NCBI GenBank assembly: GCA_963760615.1
Contig: CAVXDX010000015.1
Location: forward strand, 1 to 39,864
Length of the DNA: 39,864 nucleotides
Reading direction: 5' to 3'
Source of the DNA: an uncultured Candidatus Micrarchaeota archaeon
GTDB lineage: Archaea; Micrarchaeota; Micrarchaeia; Burarchaeales; Fermentimicrarchaeaceae
How positions within the stretch are numbered: position 1 is the first letter of the stretch; every line of letters starts with the position of its first letter. Both the position numbers and the translations under genes were made by a program. The notes beneath the pieces were generated by a model. The model searched no databases. It was not told the DNA's origin and saw only the letters and a list, made by a program, of their open reading frames with translations. Of this stretch, positions 26,172 through 32,819 are shown one piece after another.

Positions 26172-26708
26172 ATGGAAGCGAAGCCAGTTAAAATCGAACT
26201 CAAGATATTGTACGGGGACTTGGGTAAGGAGTATTGGAAAGATTACAACCCACTTGAGCGGAAATTCGAAGAATCAGTTGGAGCTGGTGATGTAATTTCT
26301 GGCAGGGGGTACCTTGAGAGGAAAAGCAGGGTGAATATCGTGGCTCTTTCCGAAGGCAAGCCAGCTGGAATCATCAGGCTGGACCTGCTGAACCAGCCTC
26401 CGAGAATAGGATGGCTTTATGTCGAGCCGGAGTTCAGGAATAAGGTAGCGGCGGTCGTAAATACTCCCTGGCTGAAAAGCGAGGAGGAGTACAAAGTCAG
26501 GCAGCATCTTGTGAAGGCGGCGTGGATTACAGGCAGGAGAGCGGGTTTTGAAGAGATTGGCAGTGTGATTCACGAGGAAGCTGGGCAGAAGTCAAGGGAG
26601 TGGCGTCTTACGCAAATGCCCAAATGGGAGAGGGAAGTTGTTGAGTTGCATGAGCCTAGGGAGTTGCTGGAGTTAATACGGCGCAAGCAAGAGCTGGTTA
26701 AGAGGTAG
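26172..26708 (+). CDS. Divergent GNAT-like protein
   Basis: IVALSEGKPAGIIRL...IGWLYVEPEFRNK resembles GNAT beta2-beta4 and the start of motif A, followed by an insertion. N-terminal AKP echoes the EKP of neighbouring copies. Confidence 0.6.
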   Translation: MEAKPVKIELKILYGDLGKEYWKDYNPLERKFEESVGAGDVISGRGYLERKSRVNIVALSEGKPAGIIRLDLLNQPPRIGWLYVEPEFRNKVAAVVNTPWLKSEEEYKVRQHLVKAAWITGRRAGFEEIGSVIHEEAGQKSREWRLTQMPKWEREVVELHEPRELLELIRRKQELVKR

Positions 26709-26721
26709 TTCTAATACTTAT

Positions 26722-26746
26722 TTAGAATTTCTAAAATAGTTTAAGA
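26722..26746 (+). repeat. Right copy of 25-bp imperfect direct repeat flanking the GNAT block
   Basis: TTAGAATTTCTAAAATAGTTTAAGA; part of the palindrome TTTAGAA-T-TTCTAAA at 26721-26735. Confidence 0.6.
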
Positions 26747-26801
26747 AAGTGTTAGGACAGCCGAGAGGCTTATTAAGAAGTTTTGCGGGGAAGAACCCGA
26801 A

Positions 26802-27419
26802 CTAATTCGTAAGCCTGAATGAGACTACACCATTCACATCTTCAAAAAGGCTCTTGGCCCTCTCCCCGAATTCTTTAGTCCTGTCCAGCATCTCACCCTT
26901 GTCCGGGTCCTCCTTCATGGGTTTCAAATTGACGTATATATCCAAGAGTGCTCCCTGCACCCCTGCATTCGCAGCCAGAGCGGCAACGCCAACGTCACTG
27001 ACAGAGTTAACATTCCCTTTGAATGCAACAATTTTTGACAGTTCCAAACTTCTTATGCCAATCTTCGCTATTTCCATAGGGGTCATGGTTGCTTTTTTAA
27101 GGGCATTCTGGATGACCTCCACCCTCCTTGGGTTGTCCTTGGGGGTTTTGTAAGCATTCATGACCTCATTGAAAACTGCAGCATCCTCATCAATCAATTC
27201 CTCCGCCCTCTTTCTAAGGGCTCCCGCCTCCTCGAGGATTTTCTTCAGCTCGCTCTCACTTTCCTCGTACCCTTTCTTGCCAATCGTGAGCTCGCATACC
27301 ATGCATATCAGGGATGCGCCAACAGAGCAGAGCAGCGCCGAGGCGCTTCCCCCTCCTGGCGTTGGTGAGGAAGAGGCCAGTTCATCAAGGAATTCATGCA
27401 TTTTCATATCCTTCAACAT
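26802..27419 (-). CDS. Formiminotetrahydrofolate cyclodeaminase (FTCD C-terminal domain protein)
   Basis: FLDELASSSPTPGGGSASA, LIDEDAAVF, GNVNSVSDVGVA, NIYVNL-like LDIYVNL. Confidence 0.92.
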   Translation of the reverse strand: MLKDMKMHEFLDELASSSPTPGGGSASALLCSVGASLICMVCELTIGKKGYEESESELKKILEEAGALRKRAEELIDEDAAVFNEVMNAYKTPKDNPRRVEVIQNALKKATMTPMEIAKIGIRSLELSKIVAFKGNVNSVSDVGVAALAANAGVQGALLDIYVNLKPMKEDPDKGEMLDRTKEFGERAKSLFEDVNGVVSFRLTN

Positions 27420-27423
27420 TCAA

Positions 27424-28323
27424 TCACTCCCACAGATGTGTTTCAAGTATCTGCTCCTTCCTGAAGTTCTCAAGCTTGAGGTAGAAGTCCGCTGCATCAA
27501 CCATGGCGTCAAGCGGAACCAAACCTATTATCTCGCATCCTGCTATTTTAACACCGCACTTCTCTGCCTCGCTTTTCACTGCTTCATATGCCTTGAAGAT
27601 GGGAGTTTCCTTGTAGTTTGTGAGGTTCATTGAAACTTGAACGATGCCCCTCTTCTTAATTTCAAATCCTTTTGCCTTCACGCACTTCAAACCCCCGGAG
27701 CTGAACCTCACGGCCTTCGCAATTTTCTTCGCAACCTCTATGTCTTTTGTTGCGAGGTTGACGTTGAACGCAATGAGGAGCTCTCTTGCTCCCACAACTG
27801 TTGCGCCTGCAGTCGGATGGAGCTTTGCCGGCCCGTAGTCAGGCTTCCTTTTGGGGTTTGTCTCAATCTCATTCTTCAGGCATTCATATTCTCCTTCCCT
27901 TATGTCCGATAGGTTTATGCATTCCGGCCTCAGGGCAGCTGCATCATACAGATAAACAGGTATTGCCAGTTCACTTGCAATTCTTTTTCCGACTTTTCTT
28001 GCGAGCTCAACGCACTTGTTCATTGTTATGTTTGAAATTGGGACGAATGGTATCACATCAGTTGCGCCAATTCTCGGGTGCTCTCCTTTATGGAGATTCA
28101 AGTCAATCAGCTCAGAAGCTTTCTTCGTTGCAAGGAATGCCGCTTCTGCAGCTGCCTCGGGCTCGCCGATGAACGTGACGACGCTCCTGTTGTGGTCCGC
28201 ATCGCTCTCAACATCCAGAAGCTTGACTCCCTTCACTTTCTTTACCTCACCCACAATTTCGTCTATGACTTCCCTCCTCCTTCCCTCGCTGAAATTGGGT
28301 ATGCACTCCACTATCCTTCTCAT
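27424..28323 (-). CDS. ftcD: Glutamate formiminotransferase
   Basis: IVECIPNFSEGR, DADHNRSVVT, HKGEHPRIGATDVIPFVP, HPTAGATVVGAR, VQVSMNLTNY. Start MRRIVE at 28323. Confidence 0.95.
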   Translation of the reverse strand: MRRIVECIPNFSEGRRREVIDEIVGEVKKVKGVKLLDVESDADHNRSVVTFIGEPEAAAEAAFLATKKASELIDLNLHKGEHPRIGATDVIPFVPISNITMNKCVELARKVGKRIASELAIPVYLYDAAALRPECINLSDIREGEYECLKNEIETNPKRKPDYGPAKLHPTAGATVVGARELLIAFNVNLATKDIEVAKKIAKAVRFSSGGLKCVKAKGFEIKKRGIVQVSMNLTNYKETPIFKAYEAVKSEAEKCGVKIAGCEIIGLVPLDAMVDAADFYLKLENFRKEQILETHLWE

Positions 28324-28418
28324 TTCCGCACCCTCATAGTAGTTTCTCTTGAACAATTTAAAAACCATCCAGAAAGAATTATATCTTTGCACGCAATAAA
28401 TCCATTGGAGGTGTAATT

Positions 28419-28802
28419 GTGAGAGATGCCCTAGTTTTTATTGTACTTGCGGTTCTACTACTCGGTTGCGCCTCACAGTATCCGCCGAGCCAGCCTCCTC
28501 CGCAAACTCCAGGCCAGCCTGCAGGTGGCAACCAAACACCGCCGCCGAAGACAAACGAGGTGACGGTGCAGATAAGCGGGTTTAAGTTTGTCCCCTCCGA
28601 TGTCCAGGTAAGCGCAGGAACGAAAGTTACGTGGGTGAACCAAGATCCTGTGATGCATACTATAACATTTGACAATGGAGCTTTTGACACCGGGGGATTC
28701 CCCCATGGGGATAGCAGGAGCTACACATTCAACACAACAGGAAAATACACCTACCACTGCTCAATACATACATCCATGACGGGCAATGTGACTGTAACGT
28801 GA
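28419..28802 (+). CDS. Cupredoxin (plastocyanin/amicyanin-like) lipoprotein 1
   Basis: GGAGGT SD with GTG start, LLLGC lipobox, Pro/Gln-rich linker, VTWVNQD..MHT, type-1 Cu loop YHCSIHTSM. Confidence 0.9.
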   Translation: MRDALVFIVLAVLLLGCASQYPPSQPPPQTPGQPAGGNQTPPPKTNEVTVQISGFKFVPSDVQVSAGTKVTWVNQDPVMHTITFDNGAFDTGGFPHGDSRSYTFNTTGKYTYHCSIHTSMTGNVTVT

Positions 28803-28834
28803 GCTGCATACTTTATATACTGTAAATGCCGTAG

Positions 28835-29221
28835 ATGTTGTTGATGAAAATCCTTGTGGTTTGCGTCATCCTTGCGGTTCTGCTTCTTGGTTGCGCCTCG
28901 CAGCAGCACCCTCCCGCTCCCTTGCCAAAAAATACAACCCCCGCAAGCAAGCCGAGCCCCCCGCCAGTGGTAAACCACGCATTTGTGCAGATAGGCAACT
29001 TTATGTACCTTCCTCCTAAACTTTATTTGCCAGTTGGTACGAATGTCACATGGATAAATTTGGACAATGTAAGCCATTCCGCCACAGGAGAAAATGGGAC
29101 ATTTGATACCGGAGATTTTCCGCAGGGAGAGAATAGGAGTTATGTATTCAACCAACCAGGAACATACATTTACCATTGCAAAATTCATCCCAACATGAAT
29201 GGAACTATAACTGTGCGATGA
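28835..29221 (+). CDS. Cupredoxin lipoprotein 2 (tandem paralog)
   Basis: ILAVLLLGCASQ signal nearly identical to copy 1, VTWINLDNVSHS, YHCKIHPNM. Confidence 0.9.
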   Translation: MLLMKILVVCVILAVLLLGCASQQHPPAPLPKNTTPASKPSPPPVVNHAFVQIGNFMYLPPKLYLPVGTNVTWINLDNVSHSATGENGTFDTGDFPQGENRSYVFNQPGTYIYHCKIHPNMNGTITVR

Positions 29222-29225
29222 TTGC

Positions 29226-29438
29226 ATGGCCCCAATCCCCTTTATCCTTGGTCTGCCTGTTACAATGTGGATGGGAGGGGTGACCTTCACCCTGCTACTA
29301 TCTACTGCAACAATCGGGCTGACAATTCACAAAGGGTGGAGAGACATCCCAATAAGATATCATATGTACTTTGCACTGGCGACAATTGTCTCTGCGTTGA
29401 TTCACATATCGCTTGTAATCTATCTCTATTTTCTCTAG
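29226..29438 (+). CDS. Small two-TM membrane protein with His-x13-His helix
   Basis: Two hydrophobic helices, the second YHMYFALATIVSALIHISL; starts 5 nt after the cupredoxin 2 stop. Confidence 0.7.
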   Translation: MAPIPFILGLPVTMWMGGVTFTLLLSTATIGLTIHKGWRDIPIRYHMYFALATIVSALIHISLVIYLYFL

Positions 29439-29495
29439 CTGAATTCAAAGTTCGTCCTGCCCAAAGAGAGATTCGCAAAAATATTCCCCAAATAG

Positions 29496-29861
29496 CTACC
29501 TTATTCTCTCGCACCTTAGCTCGGCAGTCTTGTCCTCTCTTGCCACTATGGCGGCATCTTTCCCGAACCCGAATACTGTAAGCTTGATTGGGTACAAATC
29601 TGGGTAGCTCTTAGCGCTCCCAAATATCTTGCATTTCTTAGTCATTATCTCGCTGGGGTTGATTATCCCCACGTTTATTCTTCCGCGCTCAACCTCCTTG
29701 TCCGCGGCGAGAGATACCGCTGGGGGAACAACAACCTCGCATTGTGTCCAGAGTGGCTCCCTCCCTGCGTTCTCAATCTCTATGGTGAGTTCTACCTCGT
29801 TCCTCATGAATGCGTTGAGCCTTATAGGGTAGAACTTTGTGGAAATTCTGTATGTTGGCAT
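29496..29861 (-). CDS. Hypothetical beta-sandwich protein; paralog of 12569-12982
   Basis: FYPIRLNA...INVGII...LYPIKLT; 12 nt downstream of the KaiC-like gene. Confidence 0.7.
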   Translation of the reverse strand: MPTYRISTKFYPIRLNAFMRNEVELTIEIENAGREPLWTQCEVVVPPAVSLAADKEVERGRINVGIINPSEIMTKKCKIFGSAKSYPDLYPIKLTVFGFGKDAAIVAREDKTAELRCERIR

Positions 29862-29873
29862 GTTCCCTTACTC

Positions 29874-30575
29874 TCAAAACTCTTTGTTAGCGTAAACCTC
29901 TATTCCACGCTCGGTGAATTCAATTGGGCATATCTTGTTGCTGTGCTTGGTACCTCTCAACTTTATTACCTCGAGCCCCCTCTGCCTTCTGGCATCCTTG
30001 GGTTCTTTCCTCGTATTGTAAAGGTATATGATTCCATCAGAGAAAAGCTCAACCTCAAATTTTCCGAGAGGCACTTCGGCATCAATTCCACCGCTCTCCG
30101 AGGTCATCAGAGAGGTGCACCCCAGAGACCTCAGCCTCTCAAGCAGCCTCAGGAGCCTCTCCCTCCTCTTCTGTTCATCTCCATAACCCATCAGCAGGGA
30201 GCTCACCGGGTCTATGACAAGCCTCTTCACTCCAACCATCTCCACAGAATCCCTTATAACAACCTCCTGGGAGAGGAAAACCTCAATCTCATAGGGCGGG
30301 TACTCCACAAACAGTATCTTCTTGTCCTCCTCAAGCTTCTTCAAATCCCATCCATACCTTAGCATGTTTGCGAATATCTGCTTCTTCTGCTCACCAAGAG
30401 TTATGTAAAGGCCCGGCTCGTTATACATCAATGCTCCATTGACAAGGAATTGGACGGCGAAAGTTGTTTTGCCAGAGCCGCTTGTGCCGCTGCAGCTTAT
30501 AACCTGGCCCCTTCTGAAGCCTCCTTCTATAAGTTCATCAAGACCCGGTATCCCAGTCATCACTCTATCTTCCAT
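29874..30575 (-). CDS. Single-domain KaiC/RAD55/GvpD-like RecA-fold ATPase
   Basis: TGIPGLDELIEGGF, Walker A GTSGSGKT, YITLGE, Walker B RLVIDP, SDGIIYL, LEVIKLRGTKH. Confidence 0.92.
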   Translation of the reverse strand: MEDRVMTGIPGLDELIEGGFRRGQVISCSGTSGSGKTTFAVQFLVNGALMYNEPGLYITLGEQKKQIFANMLRYGWDLKKLEEDKKILFVEYPPYEIEVFLSQEVVIRDSVEMVGVKRLVIDPVSSLLMGYGDEQKRRERLLRLLERLRSLGCTSLMTSESGGIDAEVPLGKFEVELFSDGIIYLYNTRKEPKDARRQRGLEVIKLRGTKHSNKICPIEFTERGIEVYANKEF

Positions 30576-30653
30576 TAAATCACCCCGAACAAACTATAAT
30601 TTAGTCTCTGCTATTTAAATATAAGCGTTGCGTTCAAAACTTAATGTGATGGC

Positions 30654-31130
30654 ATGCAGATTCCGGAAGCAGCTTTGATTGAGAGGGAGTTCCTCATAAG
30701 GGATATGCAGCTCACCAAAGAGGTGAGGATGACGAAGAAGTCTCTTGTGAGGTGGCTCGCCCTGGCGCTTGGCCTCATCTCGCCCAACGAGAGCAGGAAG
30801 ACCATCCTTGATTTGCTCGAGGCACTCTTCTACTTCCAGTTCTCTGAGAGCAGGGACCCGGATGTGCACGAGCTTGCCGAGCAGATGAAGAAGAACAATG
30901 AAAAAGCAGCAGTGAGTGAAAAAACAATACTCTACCACCTGCTCCAGCTGAAGAATGCCGGCTTGGTGAGACGGGAGAAGGGCAGGTACTCATTCTCTGT
31001 TTCTCCCTATTCCGAGAAAGGGGATGTGGCCAGCTCAATTGAATATAACTACAAGAGCAGGTCCGATGCCGCCTTCTCAAAAATTCAGGAGGCGTTGAAC
31101 AGCCTGCGTAAGATGCACAGGCAAAGGTAG
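30654..31130 (+). CDS. Winged-HTH transcriptional regulator (ArsR-like C-terminal HTH)
   Basis: VHELAEQM...VSEKTILYHLLQLKNAGLVRREKGRYS; divergent from the KaiC-like gene with TATTTAAATA between them. Confidence 0.75.
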   Translation: MQIPEAALIEREFLIRDMQLTKEVRMTKKSLVRWLALALGLISPNESRKTILDLLEALFYFQFSESRDPDVHELAEQMKKNNEKAAVSEKTILYHLLQLKNAGLVRREKGRYSFSVSPYSEKGDVASSIEYNYKSRSDAAFSKIQEALNSLRKMHRQR

Positions 31131-31153
31131 TTATTATTTCTGTTGCAAATTAA

Positions 31154-32815
31154 ATGCGAGGTGTAACAATGAAGAGATATTTCATCCCAATTATACTTCT
31201 ACTGTTGCTTTTCGGATGCGTGGGCAACAAGCCCCAGCTTTCAGTATCATTCCTGCCTGCCTCGCCTGCCCACCCCTACGAGGGTGATGAGGTGACTCTC
31301 AGCATAAACGTTGTGAATTCTGCTTCCGTGCTTGCAAAGGAATTCACTGTGGAGGTTCTAGTCAACAATGTTTCCCTGAAAACCGATGTCCTGACCCTGC
31401 AGCCGAACTCAAACCAAACAATGTCTTTCTCCTGGTACCCCTACTCGGCGGGAGAGTATGATGTCACTGCCAGAGTTGACAAAGGCAATACTGTATCTGA
31501 CCCATCAGCAGGCAAGGAGAGCAGCATGCGCGTATCAATAGCCCCAGCTGAAAGGGTGAGCATGTTTTCTGCGCTTCCAGATAGAAGTCTTGTGAACATA
31601 GGCGTCATCAACGTCACAGGCAAAGGCATAACTGCGCTGTACAACTACCTGCCAACGATGCAGGAGATTTCAGGTGCTGGGTACCTCACTTTTCTAAGGC
31701 CGTATATAAAGAATTTCAGGGAGGTGCAGATAGGAACTGTGGACTACGCAGACCAGCGCCATGGAATAATTGTTTTCATCAGAGGAGTAGCGCCAGTCCA
31801 GCAGCTCTCCGCTCTTCTCTCCAGTTTTGTAAAACTAGAAACGAACCTGGATGCTGTGGTGGAGAATAAAACAATAAATGGAGTGGATGTATCCATAATC
31901 TCAAGCGATGCGCTGCCCGCCCCACTGTGTATCTGGAGGGAGAGAGGGTGGTCGAAGATTAGCCTCTATGCGGACTCATATACACTCGAAACCTGCGATA
32001 GCATGTTTGGGACGTATAACTCATCATACGCAGATATGCCGCTCAGCCTTGGGAATGAGCTTGCAAAGGCACCTCCATTCAATACAAGTCTGCTCGGAGC
32101 AACGCTTCACTTCTCCAACTTCTCAGGCTCCCTGACTGCAAACATGAGCGAGTATGGAGCTGCATTTGAGGATGATGAGGGGTTCTATGGGTTTTATGCT
32201 ACAAAGCAGGCATACCAGCCGCAAAACAATACATGCGTTGGGAGGATACTCAACAGAAGTTCGATGCAGGTTTGCGAGACTCCTCCTATAAACTCAACAT
32301 GGGCTGCAGTGCAGAGGAAGGTTGGAGATTACTCCATAGTCTGCCTCTCAACCCCGAAGTCTGGCGTGCTGACGGCAAGTGTTGAGGAGAAGGCGGTTGA
32401 CCTGTGCTTCTCACTCAACTACTCCGGTGAGGAAAGGATGTGGATGAGCATCCTCGACTTGCTGCACCAGAAAAGATGCGAGTTGCCTGATGGCTTCAGC
32501 TGTCTCTCCTATGATTTCAACAATGCCACGCTGCAAGTCAACCTGACGCAGAATACGGGGAAGGAGGTTGTGCTGAATGCATTCGGATGCTCCTCCCAGA
32601 CGAATGCATCAATGGAATCCTTCAAGCTGGCTCAGCCGCTCACAATGCCATCAAACTCTTCAGTTACACTGAATGTGCCTTGCCACGACAGTTCTGGCGG
32701 AACTGTGGTTGCCGCGTATACATACTTTGATTCAAAGCTCTATCTCAACTACACAATAGAGGGAAGCAACGAGTCAAAAGTGGTTTCCGGAAATCTCACA
32801 ATAAGGAAGATATAG
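31154..32815 (+). CDS. Multidomain surface lipoprotein with CARDB-like Ig domain
   Basis: MKRYFIPIILLLLLFGC lipobox; GDEVTLSINVVNS...FTVEVLVN...GEYDVTARVD CARDB pattern; about 19 N-x-S/T sequons; Cys-rich C-terminal domain. Confidence 0.8.
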   Translation: MRGVTMKRYFIPIILLLLLFGCVGNKPQLSVSFLPASPAHPYEGDEVTLSINVVNSASVLAKEFTVEVLVNNVSLKTDVLTLQPNSNQTMSFSWYPYSAGEYDVTARVDKGNTVSDPSAGKESSMRVSIAPAERVSMFSALPDRSLVNIGVINVTGKGITALYNYLPTMQEISGAGYLTFLRPYIKNFREVQIGTVDYADQRHGIIVFIRGVAPVQQLSALLSSFVKLETNLDAVVENKTINGVDVSIISSDALPAPLCIWRERGWSKISLYADSYTLETCDSMFGTYNSSYADMPLSLGNELAKAPPFNTSLLGATLHFSNFSGSLTANMSEYGAAFEDDEGFYGFYATKQAYQPQNNTCVGRILNRSSMQVCETPPINSTWAAVQRKVGDYSIVCLSTPKSGVLTASVEEKAVDLCFSLNYSGEERMWMSILDLLHQKRCELPDGFSCLSYDFNNATLQVNLTQNTGKEVVLNAFGCSSQTNASMESFKLAQPLTMPSNSSVTLNVPCHDSSGGTVVAAYTYFDSKLYLNYTIEGSNESKVVSGNLTIRKI

Positions 32816-32819
32816 TGTT

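Noticed and set aside
21580-26708. GNAT array as an integron cassette array
   Set aside because: The genes overlap or are 10-15 nt apart with no room for attC sites, occur in both orientations, look mutually paralogous, and no IntI is present.
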